From a virus, in the IMG/VR virus record IMGVR_UViG_3300032223_002232, positions 96,001-160,000 of that record: DNA of 64,000 nt, one strand, 5' to 3'. The notes below the pieces were generated by a model. That model was not told where the DNA came from and did not search any database. It worked only from the letters and a program-made list of their open reading frames with translations. Below, piece by piece: positions 18,866-29,314 of this stretch (the stretch's first letter is position 1; each line of letters opens with the position of its first letter). Position numbers and translations under genes: made by a program.

Positions 18866-21436
18866 ATGGCTTATAGAAATGTATATTATGACCCAAAGAA
18901 TTCCAATATTCATCTTTGGGCATGGGATGAGAGTGGTGAAAGAACAAAGTTCATAACGAGTTATGAGCCATATCTATATATTGAATCCGAAAATGGTACT
19001 GATGGTAGATCAATCTTTAATACACCTCTTAAAAAATTAAGTTTTAAGAATAGAAAAGCTCGTCAGACGTATGTTGATGAAACTCCAATTAAAAGATTGT
19101 TCTATAATATTGCGGTAGACCAGCAATTTCTTCTTTCAACGTATAAAGATGAGATTGATAAACCAGAATTTGGGTCTCATCCGTTAAAAATATTTTATAT
19201 TGATATTGAAACTTATGCTACAACGCATTTTTCAACACCAGAAGCTGCTACAGATCCAATTAATCTTATAACAGTATACGATTCTTTATCGGAAAGATAC
19301 TATACATGGGGGTGTAAGAATTACTCCACGATGGAAGAAGATGTAACTTACTTTAAATGTAAAGATGAAAGAGATTTATTAAAAAGTTTTGTTAAATTTT
19401 GGAAGAATGATCCACCAGATATAGTTACTGGATGGAATATTCATGGTTATGACATTCCATATATCATGAATCGTCTTCCACAGATATTTGCAGATGACTA
19501 TAATAAGAAATTATCACCAATTGAAAGTATTTATTTAAGAGAAAAAGCTGCTGTTAATAAACTAGGTCGTGCAATTGATCGTTGGTCTATTGCTGGCGTT
19601 AGTATTATTGACTACATGGAGCTTTATGAGTCTCTTTGTGGTGGTAAGAGGGAGTCTATGTCACTTAATTACATATCAGAGTATGAATTAGGTGATTCTA
19701 AGATTGCAATTGGTAGCACATCACTATCAACTCTTGCTGATAGAGATTGGACTAAATTTGTTGACTATAACATTCAGGACGTAAGACTTCTTATCAAGCT
19801 TGAACACAAATTAAAATACTTAAAACTTGTAAGAAACCTTGCATATCGTGGATTTATTCCTTTTGAAAAGTCTATGGGTAAAGTTGCGATGATTACTGGT
19901 GCTGTTGCACACGAAGCATTGAAACAAGATATGATAATTCCAACATTTAACATTCAAAATGTTAAACAGGAATTTAAAGGCGGCTTTGTTTATGAACCAA
20001 TTAAAGGTTTATATGAAAATGTCGTAACTTATGATGCAAATAGTTTGTATCCTAATACGATTATTACGTTAAATATTTCATCAGAGACTAAAATAGGTAA
20101 AGTTATAAATAAAGATGAAGAGTTTACCACTTTAAGATTAACAAATGGTCAGGAAAGAAAATTAAAGCATAGTGATTTTGATAAAATTATTCAAAGTGAA
20201 AAGCTTGCGATAACAAAATCTAATGTTTTATATACACAAAAGTTTAAAGGTATATTTCCAACACTAATTGATAGACTTTACAACGAAAGAGTCAAAGCTA
20301 AGAATACAATGTTGGATGCAAAGAAGAAGTTAAAGAAAGCAAAAACTCCAGAAGAAATTGAAACACTTGAAGAAATTGCAAATGATAACGATACATTATC
20401 AAATGTGTATAAAGTTTTCTTGAATTCAGTTTACGGTGCATTCTCTAACATTTATTTTCCATTGTTTGATATGGATCATGCTGAAAGCGTTACTTTAAGT
20501 GGGCAAGCTATTGTTAAAAGAGGACCAGAGATTATTTATGAGTACGCAAAGTCTCAAGGTTTCAATGGTAAGCTTGAAGATATTTTAATTTATCAAGATA
20601 CGGATAGTGAATTCTTTTCATTTACTGAAATAATGAAGTTAAGAAATGTTTCTTTTTTAGAAAATGGTGAAATTTCCAAAGAAGCATATGATATTATTTC
20701 TGAATACGGTGATATTCTCAATAAAGGTATTAATGATTGGGCAAAACAGGAATTTAAATCCATAGACCCTAGATATGTCTTTAAACGAGAGAAGATTTGT
20801 GATGTTGCTTTATTACAAGCAAAGAAATTCTACATTCTACATATTTTAGATAAAGAAGGTGTTAAAACTGAAGAGTTTGAGTATAAAGGTATTGCTATTG
20901 CACAAGCAACATTCTCAAAAGAAGTTAAAGAACTACTTAAAGACATTGTACATTCATCACTCTTAGCGAAAAACAGAAGGACAGCTACTCATATCTTCCA
21001 AGAAGGTTATGAAAAGTTTTTAAAAATGTCGCCAGAAGAAATTGCTACTAGAAAAAAGATCAATAATTATGAGAAGTGGGATAATATGATCGGTGATGAT
21101 AGTGAATTTGGTAAAGGTACACCAATTCAGGTCAAAAGTGCAATGAATTTTAATGAAGCACTTGAAAAGTTAAACATTACTGACAAATATCCTGCTCTTA
21201 AAAGTGGAACAAAGATGAAATTCTTTTATTGTAAGAAAAACATATATGATTATGAAACTATTGGGTTTATAGATTACTATCCAAAGGAATTATTAGAAGT
21301 AGTTAAGCCAGATTACAGGTTTATGTTTGATAAAAACGTTGTTCCAGTTATTTCAAGAATATTTCAAGTTATTGGATGGCCTTTACCAGCTGTTGGTTGC
21401 GAAGAAGTCACTGATCTGATACAATTATTGTCATGA
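18866..21436 (+). CDS. gp43: Family B DNA polymerase (gp43-like)
   Basis: Exo DIET, GWNIHGYD, YNIQDV; Pol DANSLYP, KVFLNSVYG, YQDTDS; start moved to ATG 18866. Confidence 0.96.
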   Translation: MAYRNVYYDPKNSNIHLWAWDESGERTKFITSYEPYLYIESENGTDGRSIFNTPLKKLSFKNRKARQTYVDETPIKRLFYNIAVDQQFLLSTYKDEIDKPEFGSHPLKIFYIDIETYATTHFSTPEAATDPINLITVYDSLSERYYTWGCKNYSTMEEDVTYFKCKDERDLLKSFVKFWKNDPPDIVTGWNIHGYDIPYIMNRLPQIFADDYNKKLSPIESIYLREKAAVNKLGRAIDRWSIAGVSIIDYMELYESLCGGKRESMSLNYISEYELGDSKIAIGSTSLSTLADRDWTKFVDYNIQDVRLLIKLEHKLKYLKLVRNLAYRGFIPFEKSMGKVAMITGAVAHEALKQDMIIPTFNIQNVKQEFKGGFVYEPIKGLYENVVTYDANSLYPNTIITLNISSETKIGKVINKDEEFTTLRLTNGQERKLKHSDFDKIIQSEKLAITKSNVLYTQKFKGIFPTLIDRLYNERVKAKNTMLDAKKKLKKAKTPEEIETLEEIANDNDTLSNVYKVFLNSVYGAFSNIYFPLFDMDHAESVTLSGQAIVKRGPEIIYEYAKSQGFNGKLEDILIYQDTDSEFFSFTEIMKLRNVSFLENGEISKEAYDIISEYGDILNKGINDWAKQEFKSIDPRYVFKREKICDVALLQAKKFYILHILDKEGVKTEEFEYKGIAIAQATFSKEVKELLKDIVHSSLLAKNRRTATHIFQEGYEKFLKMSPEEIATRKKINNYEKWDNMIGDDSEFGKGTPIQVKSAMNFNEALEKLNITDKYPALKSGTKMKFFYCKKNIYDYETIGFIDYYPKELLEVVKPDYRFMFDKNVVPVISRIFQVIGWPLPAVGCEEVTDLIQLLS

Positions 21437-21939
21437 GTGTAAAATTAATATCAATAACAAAGCCAGAAATCGAAGGTGTTGATACAGCTGAAGATTTAAT
21501 ATCATATTGTGCAAGGGTTAGCAACCCTTGTCATCGTAGTTTTAGCTTTCAAGAGTTTAGTCAGAGATATTCAACAGCCACAGAACTTGAAGATATTGAA
21601 TGGAGAATGCAAGGTAAAACCAATAGACAAGTTGGCGATGAAGTAATTGAATTATCATTAGAATTACAAGACAAGATGTTTCAAGCACAACACCTTTCTT
21701 TAAAAATATACGATGAATTAATAGGTTTTGGTATTGCTAAAGAGTGTGCGAGAATGGTGCTTCCTCTTAACACAACGACAACGATTTACATGAATGGAAC
21801 AATCCGTTCTTGGATACACTATCTTGAAATAAGATGTAAAGATGATACGCAGAAGAAACATAGGGAGATTGCAAACATGATTCGATCAATATTTACAAAA
21901 CATTTTCCTACAATTGCAAAAGCGTTACAAGAAAATTAA
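21433..21939 (+). pseudogene. thyX: Flavin-dependent thymidylate synthase ThyX with an in-frame internal deletion
   Basis: YCARVSNP joins directly to CHRSFSFQEFSQRY; the usual segment carrying H-x-S-P-F-E and the first R of RHR is absent; C-terminal KECARMVLP and Q.KHREIA retained. Confidence 0.75.
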
Positions 21940-21993
21940 TATTTTTTAAATTAATACTTGATATTACATTAAATTCTGTTAAATTTATATAGT

Positions 21994-22386
21994 ATGACAA
22001 CTGAAAACACAACAAAAACCCTCGTAGTAATCTTAGACACCATTGGTAGGACTGTACTCGGTGAGGCAGTAGATTCCCCAAAAGGAAACTTCTCCATCAA
22101 GAACCCTGTCATCCTTCATATTGTTCCAGCAGACAATAATGGAAAGATGTCAGTCCAACTTCTTCCTCTCTTTTTCAGAGAGTTCTTAGCAGACAAATCT
22201 GGTGATGTCACATTTACATATGATGCATCTCGTGTAACCAAGACTGATATCGACGCTCTTGATTTCCGTCTCCAAGCACAATATGCTCAGATGTTCAATC
22301 CACAGAATAGCTTTGTTGCTGATCCATCACAGGCAGCACCAGCAAGTGATTCTGTAGTTAAGCTTTTTGACGAGGAAGCAAAGTAA
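21994..22386 (+). CDS. Small Sm-like/beta-barrel hypothetical protein
   Basis: Beta-rich 130-aa ORF between pol and uvsX with its own promoter and terminator. Confidence 0.55.
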   Translation: MTTENTTKTLVVILDTIGRTVLGEAVDSPKGNFSIKNPVILHIVPADNNGKMSVQLLPLFFREFLADKSGDVTFTYDASRVTKTDIDALDFRLQAQYAQMFNPQNSFVADPSQAAPASDSVVKLFDEEAK

Positions 22387-22413
22387 AAAGTACAGATCGG
22401 AACTGTATTCATT

Positions 22414-22450
22414 AAGAAACCCCAGAGGGCTTGACTCTCTGGGGTTTTCT
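22414..22450 (+). terminator. Intrinsic terminator hairpin containing the uvsX -35 box
   Basis: AAACCCCAGAGGG-CTTGA-CTCTCTGGGGTTTT; TTGACT 22431 and TATTAT 22453. Confidence 0.8.
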
Positions 22451-22465
22451 GTTATTATATTATAT

Positions 22466-23569
22466 ATGGCTAAAAAGAAAAACGAAGAAATAGAAGAACC
22501 AAAGGTTGGAAACATCAAAGATGCATTTGATATTTTATCAGACTTAAATCCAGAAGCTGCATTTCTTGATGATGGTAGCTTATCAAGTGTAAATGAGTGG
22601 ATTGATACAGGATCTCTTGCATTAAATGCAATTATTTCAGGATCTTTATATGGTGGAGTTCCAATGGGTAGACTTACAGGTTTTATTGGACCTGAATCTT
22701 GTGGAAAAACCTTAATGTGTAACAAAGTTATGGCTAATGCACAAAAGAAAAATATGCATATTGCATATTTTGATACCGAAGGTGCATTAGATGAAAATAC
22801 AGCTAAAAGACTTGGCTGTGATACATCAAAAATTAAACATGTACCAAGTGAAGTTACAGAAAATTGCAGAAATCAAATTGTAAAGTTTCTTGATACGGTT
22901 ATTGAGAAAGGTTTACAAGGTAAAGTTCTTCTTGTAATTGATTCTCTTGGTAATTTAATCACCGCACAGGAAAAAAGGAAGATTGAAGAAGGTTCTGATA
23001 CACCAGATATGGGTAATCGTGCAAAAGCACTTAAATCTATGATGAGAGCAATCACACATTCAGCCGCAAAAGCTAATTGTCCTGTTGTTTTTACAAATCA
23101 TATCTATGATGATCCATCACAACTTCATCCAAGTGCCATTAAAAAGCAAGCTGGTGGATCTGGACCTCTTTATATGGCATCTGTTATTGTTCAGATGGCA
23201 AAGAAAGCCGAAAGATCAGAGGATAGTAAGAACAAAGACTCAAATACTGAGACAACTCTATTATCAAAGGGTATTAATGGGTTAACATTAAGAGCCTTGA
23301 CAACTAAAAATCGTTTTGTTACTCCATTTTTAGAGATAGAGATGTACTTGAATTTTAGAACAGGTCTTAATAAGTACTCAGGACTACTTGAAATGGCAGA
23401 AGGATACGGTGTCATTGAAAAGCAAGGTCATAGATATGCATTTAATGGTGAAACTCTTGGATTCTTTAAAGATTGGAAAGATGATGAAGCAGTTTGGGAA
23501 AGAATTCTTCCAGTTCTTGAGCAAAAACTTCAAGAAGGACTCTCATTTAAAAACGAAGGACAACAATAA
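22466..23569 (+). CDS. uvsX: UvsX/RecA-like recombinase
   Basis: IDTGSLALN, GPESCGKT, FDTEGA, IDSLG, TNHIY, KNRF; start at ATG 22466. Confidence 0.93.
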   Translation: MAKKKNEEIEEPKVGNIKDAFDILSDLNPEAAFLDDGSLSSVNEWIDTGSLALNAIISGSLYGGVPMGRLTGFIGPESCGKTLMCNKVMANAQKKNMHIAYFDTEGALDENTAKRLGCDTSKIKHVPSEVTENCRNQIVKFLDTVIEKGLQGKVLLVIDSLGNLITAQEKRKIEEGSDTPDMGNRAKALKSMMRAITHSAAKANCPVVFTNHIYDDPSQLHPSAIKKQAGGSGPLYMASVIVQMAKKAERSEDSKNKDSNTETTLLSKGINGLTLRALTTKNRFVTPFLEIEMYLNFRTGLNKYSGLLEMAEGYGVIEKQGHRYAFNGETLGFFKDWKDDEAVWERILPVLEQKLQEGLSFKNEGQQ

Positions 23570-23576
23570 TAATAAT

Positions 23577-23831
23577 ATGATAACAACAAAAGAAATAATA
23601 AGTGGAACAGAAGAAGAATTACTTGCACATTTCAAGAAAAAGTATAATTTAGTTGAATCTACAAGTAATACATTACCAGCATTATCAACAATATTACCTG
23701 ATAATGGTATAAAAGCTGAATTACCAACCGTTACTACTCCGCAACCAGCAGTTCAACCTGCTGTAGTTGGTAATAAAGTTACAAAAGGATTTTCTGGACT
23801 GTTTGATGGTACAAGTTGGGGTAACAAATGA
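23577..23831 (+). CDS. Hypothetical protein
   Basis: In-frame ATG just after the uvsX stop. Confidence 0.55.
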   Translation: MITTKEIISGTEEELLAHFKKKYNLVESTSNTLPALSTILPDNGIKAELPTVTTPQPAVQPAVVGNKVTKGFSGLFDGTSWGNK

Positions 23832-23839
23832 TTATTAGA

Positions 23840-23868
23840 TTGCATTCTCATAGGATGCAGTCTATAAT
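23840..23868 (+). promoter_or_regulatory. sigma70-type promoter for the helicase operon
   Basis: TTGCAT-17nt-TATAAT, 6 nt before ATG. Confidence 0.7.
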
Positions 23869-23874
23869 TTTTAT

Positions 23875-25269
23875 ATGGTAGATAAAACTTTGCACCTAGA
23901 CTTTGATTATTTTGAGAAAATCATTATATTCAATGCTCTAATGGATCAACTGTATCTTGAAACGATATTGGAACATACAAATCCAATGTTTTTTCGTGAT
24001 AAGAACATTCAAACAGTATTTAAAGTCCTAAAAGACTTTTATATTGAGAATAAAATTGTTCCAAACATAACAGAGCTTAAAGCACATCTTAATGATGAGC
24101 AAAAAACAGCTTTAAAGGAAGTTTTTATTGGTTTCAATAATATTGATAAGAATTATAATAAAGAACTACTTATAAAAAATACAGAAAGGTTCCTCAGAGA
24201 GAAATCTGTGTTATTAACTGTTGTAGATACATCAATTGATGTTAATTCTGGTAAGATTGATAGTCAAAAGATCCTTAAAACCTTTGAAAAGGCTTGCGGT
24301 ATATCATTAACTGATAATATTGGGTTAGATTACCTTGAAGATATTGATAAACATTGTGCGGATCTTAGTGAAGTATTCAAAACCATATCAACTGGATGGA
24401 AATGGTTGGATAACCATCTTGGTGGTGGCTTTATGGCTGAAGGAAGAGCATTATATGTATTCTTTGGACAAACAAATGTAGGTAAATCAATCTTTCTTGG
24501 TAACATAGCAACTAATATTCTTAATCAAGATAAGACCGTGGTACTAATTTCACTTGAAATGCCCGAACAAGTATATGCAAAACGTATTTCAGCACAACTT
24601 TCTCGCATTCCAATCAATGATTTGAAGCTTCAAGTTGATCCTTTGCGTAATTTTGTTAATCAATACAAGATTAGGAATAGTAAATCAAAGTTAATTATTA
24701 AAGAGTTTCCACCAAAGGGTGTTAGTGTTCTTAATATTAAGAGCTATATTAACAAATTGATAAGCAAAGGCATTAAACCAGATACAATTATCATTGATTA
24801 TATCAACTTGATTGCTCCAGCCGTTGCAAATCAGGGTTCATATGAGTCAATTAAGGGCATTACTGAAGGTATTAGAGCATTATCTTATGAATTTAGCTGT
24901 CCTGTGATATCCGCAACACAAGCAAATAGGGCTGCTGTTAATGAACCACAACCAGACATGGGTAAAACCAGCGAATCTCTTGGTCTTTCAATGACAGTTG
25001 ATGCTCAATTCTCAATTTGGACTCAAGAAGGTGATTCTGATCTCGGAATTATTCATATGGGTATCGTAAAGAATCGTTTTGGTGGAAGAGAGGTTTATAC
25101 TCATCTTAATATTGATTATGAGACCCTTTCGCTTACTGAACCAAGTGATGTTGTAGCTGAATTCTCAGTAAAGGGTAATGTACCCAAGCTTTCAGCTGAT
25201 ATTGAAGCAACTACAATGGAATCAAGTATACTTGATACATTGAATATGATTGATAACATTGCATCATAA
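23875..25269 (+). CDS. gp41: gp41 DnaB-like replicative helicase
   Basis: GQTNVGKS, SLEM, IKEFP, IDYINL, ATQANR, SES, KNRFG. Confidence 0.93.
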   Translation: MVDKTLHLDFDYFEKIIIFNALMDQLYLETILEHTNPMFFRDKNIQTVFKVLKDFYIENKIVPNITELKAHLNDEQKTALKEVFIGFNNIDKNYNKELLIKNTERFLREKSVLLTVVDTSIDVNSGKIDSQKILKTFEKACGISLTDNIGLDYLEDIDKHCADLSEVFKTISTGWKWLDNHLGGGFMAEGRALYVFFGQTNVGKSIFLGNIATNILNQDKTVVLISLEMPEQVYAKRISAQLSRIPINDLKLQVDPLRNFVNQYKIRNSKSKLIIKEFPPKGVSVLNIKSYINKLISKGIKPDTIIIDYINLIAPAVANQGSYESIKGITEGIRALSYEFSCPVISATQANRAAVNEPQPDMGKTSESLGLSMTVDAQFSIWTQEGDSDLGIIHMGIVKNRFGGREVYTHLNIDYETLSLTEPSDVVAEFSVKGNVPKLSADIEATTMESSILDTLNMIDNIAS

Positions 25270-26189
25270 TGAATATTCAACAAATCGCTCATCATTTGAC
25301 TTCAAATAAGTCATTTCAAGTCTTTACACATAAAGATTTGGATGGTGCTGTTAGTTTTCTTACATTATTGTGGTCAAACCCTACAGCAACTATTACATAT
25401 CGTGAAATTACCAACATGCAAATGGGTGTTATGGATGAATATGTCAAAAAAACATGTAATCCACCATCAATTGTTGTTATGGATATGTCTTTAAGGAAAC
25501 AATTTATTGAAATGCTTGATTATGATTATGTTTATTTTATAGATCATCATAAAGGATCTGAAAATTATGTAAAATCGTTCAAACAAGCTAATATTGTATA
25601 CAAAGAAACTACATCTAATGCATTATTAACAAGAAAGCTGTTAAAAGAATTCTCGCCAGACTTAACAGATGCTCAAAAAAAGTTAATTCTTCTTGCTGAT
25701 GATTTTGATTCTAATAAACTTCAACATAAAGAGTCTTATGATTTAAATATTTTATTCTGGACTCAATTTAAAAATGATTTTTGTTATTTTATTAATTATT
25801 ATAAAGATGGATTTAAGCCTTTTAGTGAAAAACAAAAAGAAATCATCACTCATGCTAAACAAGATGCAAAAGAATTGTTTAAAAATACAAAATGTTTTAC
25901 TGGTGAGATGATAATTGAAGGATTTCCTCAAAAAGTAATTGCAGCTACAACAGATACATATAATAATATTGTAATTGATATGTTAATGAGTAAATATCAG
26001 CCAGATATACTCCTGTATATTAATACAAAAAGTGAAAAGGTTAGTATGAGGCAAAAAGAAAGACCAAACCCAATTAATCTTTCGGCTTTTGCTGAAAAAT
26101 ATTGCGATGGTAGTGGTCATATGAACGCTGCTGGCGGTAGAATCACGCTTCTTTTCATGGAGTTAACTAAAAAACTACAACCTCTATGA
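25269..26189 (+). CDS. DHH/DHHA1 family phosphoesterase
   Basis: HKDLDG, MD, IDHH, GSGHMNAAGG. Confidence 0.85.
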   Translation: MNIQQIAHHLTSNKSFQVFTHKDLDGAVSFLTLLWSNPTATITYREITNMQMGVMDEYVKKTCNPPSIVVMDMSLRKQFIEMLDYDYVYFIDHHKGSENYVKSFKQANIVYKETTSNALLTRKLLKEFSPDLTDAQKKLILLADDFDSNKLQHKESYDLNILFWTQFKNDFCYFINYYKDGFKPFSEKQKEIITHAKQDAKELFKNTKCFTGEMIIEGFPQKVIAATTDTYNNIVIDMLMSKYQPDILLYINTKSEKVSMRQKERPNPINLSAFAEKYCDGSGHMNAAGGRITLLFMELTKKLQPL

Positions 26190-26479
26190 TTATTACATCC
26201 TCACAGCAATTAGAAGACGTTTCAAACCCATCAAATGCTTTAAATATTGAAGAATTTGAGCAAATTACAATGAAATTTGGTGCTTTTGTTTGTATTTGCA
26301 AAGGTAAAAAAATGAATTACCTTAATTTTCTTAAATTTTTAGTTGATGATAAGCGTACACAAAAAATTTATTTTACACTTTTAGGTGAATTTGATTTACA
26401 AAGCATAATAAAAGCGTATCTTGGTTCTACGCCAAATGTCTATAAGAAGATATTTCGTTCAAAAAATAAAACCAAATAA
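26186..26479 (+). CDS. Hypothetical protein (position of T4 gp33)
   Basis: 97-aa ORF two genes upstream of gp32; identity suggested by gene order only. Confidence 0.45.
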   Translation: MIITSSQQLEDVSNPSNALNIEEFEQITMKFGAFVCICKGKKMNYLNFLKFLVDDKRTQKIYFTLLGEFDLQSIIKAYLGSTPNVYKKIFRSKNKTK

Positions 26480-27129
26480 TGAACATTACCAATTTTGAGA
26501 AAAGAATTTATAATTGTTATCTCAAAAATTTTAGAAAAGGTCAGCCATACAAAGCAAGACAAGATTTTTCTAATTTAGAAGCAAATGTTGCCGCATATTT
26601 GCAGAAAATTTCTTATTTCTTAAGCAAATATAATCATATTGATTGTGAAGAATACTTTGATGCATTTAATTCGTTGCATCCAGATGATAAATACCCACCA
26701 TTGAATTACTTTTTCTCAAGAGCAGCTTTAAAAACTTATTCTTTATATAAAAAGCAACAAGAAGATCGTAATCCCGAAAAGCAATTTGATAAAATTAAAG
26801 ATGGATTAAGGTTTATTGGTATATATTGCATCAATAACAATATACCATTGAACAAATATTTATATTTTAAAGTGGGATATAGTTATGCTTGGCTAAATCA
26901 CTATAGAGAACATCGGATAAACCCATATTGTTTATTTGAATTGGGTGACATCTTTGGTATTCTAAGTGAAATTCCAAAGGATGAACTATATCTTTTTGCA
27001 ACAAACTTGTATGAAAACCTTATAGCCTTTAAAGATAGGTATGAAAAATCTAAAAACACCAAAGAATTTGTCAAAACAGTTACACAAAAAGTAAAATTTT
27101 TTGTTGAAAAAGAGTTGACGAAACATTAA
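26479..27129 (+). CDS. Hypothetical protein, possible gp59-like helicase loader
   Basis: 216-aa aromatic/basic helical protein immediately upstream of gp32, as in T4. Confidence 0.45.
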   Translation: MNITNFEKRIYNCYLKNFRKGQPYKARQDFSNLEANVAAYLQKISYFLSKYNHIDCEEYFDAFNSLHPDDKYPPLNYFFSRAALKTYSLYKKQQEDRNPEKQFDKIKDGLRFIGIYCINNNIPLNKYLYFKVGYSYAWLNHYREHRINPYCLFELGDIFGILSEIPKDELYLFATNLYENLIAFKDRYEKSKNTKEFVKTVTQKVKFFVEKELTKH

Positions 27130-27152
27130 AACATGATAATATTATTAGCATT

Positions 27153-28016
27153 ATGAGTACAAAATACAACGCAAGTCTCTTTGAATCACTTCAAGAGATC
27201 ATTAACAACAAGAGTGCAAACTACGAGTCTGGTTTTAAGGATTTCCTTAAACTTGAGACAGACAAGACGTATGTTGTTCGTCTTATTCCCAATGTTGAGG
27301 ATATTTCCAAGACTTGGTATCACTATGCCCAGCACATTTGGGATAGTGTAGTCACAGGCAAGAAGGTTTCTACCCTTTGCCCTAACACCTACAAGGAGAA
27401 GTGTCCTATCTGTGAGTATCGTTCTAAGATCTGGGCTACAAAGAATCAAGATCTCATTGATGGTATCAATCCTACTAGGAAGAACAAGAGATGGCTCTAC
27501 AATGTCTTTGTTATCAAAGATCCCACTAACCCTGAGAATGAGGGTAAGATCAAGCTTCTTAATGCTGGTGAACAGCTTGAGAAGGTTATTGAGGAAGCTC
27601 GTAGTGGTGAGTTTAAGGATGAGTTTGGTTATAAGATCTTTGATCTTTCCGCTAATGGGTGCAACCTTAACATTAAGGTTGAGAAAAACAAGGGTGGTTA
27701 TCCAACATATGTAAGCTCACGCTTCACATCACCATCAAAGATTGACGCTCTTTCTACTGATGCCGCAATTGACGAGATTCATGCAAATATCAAGCCACTT
27801 GATACGATCTTCAAGGTTCGTACATACAACGAGGTCAAGGATCTTCTTGATGTTCACTTCTTGGGTAAGGATAAGTCAACCGTAACTGACGATAGTATTG
27901 ATGAGGTTAAAGTTGAGTCGGTTACTGACGATGATGATTTTAGTGTTGTAACAAACACATCAAGTACATTATCCGATCAAGAGAAGAGAATGAAGGAAAT
28001 TTTGGAGGATCTCTAA
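27153..28016 (+). CDS. gp32: gp32 single-stranded DNA-binding protein
   Basis: VRLIP, CPNTYKEKCPIC, NVFVIKDPTNPENEGKIK, YVSSRF, acidic tail. Confidence 0.9.
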   Translation: MSTKYNASLFESLQEIINNKSANYESGFKDFLKLETDKTYVVRLIPNVEDISKTWYHYAQHIWDSVVTGKKVSTLCPNTYKEKCPICEYRSKIWATKNQDLIDGINPTRKNKRWLYNVFVIKDPTNPENEGKIKLLNAGEQLEKVIEEARSGEFKDEFGYKIFDLSANGCNLNIKVEKNKGGYPTYVSSRFTSPSKIDALSTDAAIDEIHANIKPLDTIFKVRTYNEVKDLLDVHFLGKDKSTVTDDSIDEVKVESVTDDDDFSVVTNTSSTLSDQEKRMKEILEDL

Positions 28017-28019
28017 AAG

Positions 28020-28544
28020 ATGAACGAGCGAGAGGAAGCATTTGAAGTTGCAAAACTTGCAGCTATGGTTGGTGGACAGATGAATTTAGTTGATCGAATG
28101 ACAACTGAAAGAATGTCAACCCCTGCTAATAAAATTAATATTCATGATTTTATTAATAAGGTAAAAAACCCAAATGCTTCCTTTCCTGTTTATGCTCCCC
28201 CAACTCCATCAGGATTTGCACCACCTGTTGATGAAAGAATGGTTCAATCAATGGTTCCAGATGCAGTTCCAACATACATACCACCATCAGAACAAGGTGC
28301 TGTTCAACCTCCAACTATACCAGAAACTAAACCACCAGCGGAATCTGTTAACCTTCCTCATATTGTAAAACCATCATCAACACCAATGCCACAGCTAGAT
28401 CCAATTGTTGATGGACCATTTAAACCTGTTTTAACTCGTAGTGATGTTGATAGTATTAGGAATTCGTTAAAAAATATTGACAAGACACTTGCTGGTATGC
28501 TAAAGTTCTTACAAGAAAGTGGCAAACCAAAAGCAAATGAATGA
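28020..28544 (+). CDS. Proline-rich hypothetical protein
   Basis: ORF between gp32 and the clamp gene. Confidence 0.6.
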   Translation: MNEREEAFEVAKLAAMVGGQMNLVDRMTTERMSTPANKINIHDFINKVKNPNASFPVYAPPTPSGFAPPVDERMVQSMVPDAVPTYIPPSEQGAVQPPTIPETKPPAESVNLPHIVKPSSTPMPQLDPIVDGPFKPVLTRSDVDSIRNSLKNIDKTLAGMLKFLQESGKPKANE

Positions 28545-29292
28545 CTCCTTAATCCCAATTCCAAAAACTTCTTTGGAAAAATTATTAAAGCCTGTAAACA
28601 GGCTTACAGAATCTTGCGTAATTAGAATTGAATCTAAGAAGTTATTTACTATCTGTACATCAACAGACAATAGTGTTATTCTTTATGCTAAAACAGAACT
28701 TCCTATGGAAGTTGACCCTATAAAACTTAACTTAATTAATATTAAGAAGTTTATGACAGGTTTAGATTGCTTGGGTGATGATGGTGATTTTAAACTTTTA
28801 TATAATGATAACAACATTATATGTAAGTCTATTAACGAAGCAACTGGTGAAAATACACATTTTAAATATCATCTTGTTGATGATAATATTATTAAAGAAT
28901 CAACAGTTAATCAGGAAAGTATTGCTAAATTAAATTTTGATACAGTTTTTGAATTATCTTTAAGTAAGATTAAACAAATCATGTCTGCTTATTCTTTTAG
29001 TACAGACGTTAATAAGATTTATTTTTATACAAAAGATAATTCTGTATGTGCTGATATTGATGATAAAACCTTACAGAACATTGATAATGTTTCTTTGCAG
29101 GTATCTAACGAATTTCAAGGAGAACCCATTTTAACGCCATTGTCGCTTAAAATTGAGGTCTTTAAGAACTTGGCTACAAGCAAGAATCCTATTAAGGTAA
29201 AGATTAATAATCAATTTAAGGTATTTATTTTCCAAACACAGGAAGACCAAAACACTGAGTTAAAATATATAATTTCTGCACTTGTTAAATAA
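28537..29292 (+). CDS. gp45: gp45-like sliding clamp
   Basis: About 250 aa with a two-domain PCNA-like pattern and C-terminal LKYIISAL; replication context. Confidence 0.65.
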   Translation: MNDSLIPIPKTSLEKLLKPVNRLTESCVIRIESKKLFTICTSTDNSVILYAKTELPMEVDPIKLNLINIKKFMTGLDCLGDDGDFKLLYNDNNIICKSINEATGENTHFKYHLVDDNIIKESTVNQESIAKLNFDTVFELSLSKIKQIMSAYSFSTDVNKIYFYTKDNSVCADIDDKTLQNIDNVSLQVSNEFQGEPILTPLSLKIEVFKNLATSKNPIKVKINNQFKVFIFQTQEDQNTELKYIISALVK

Positions 29293-29314
29293 CAAATAAG
29301 TGGTAAGATATTGT

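Noticed and set aside
22367-22465. N-terminal extension of UvsX in the ORF track (similarly starts at 18848, 23388, 36784, 50997, 61875)
   Set aside because: Extensions run through terminators, promoters or upstream genes; downstream ATGs fit the promoter spacing or gene packing
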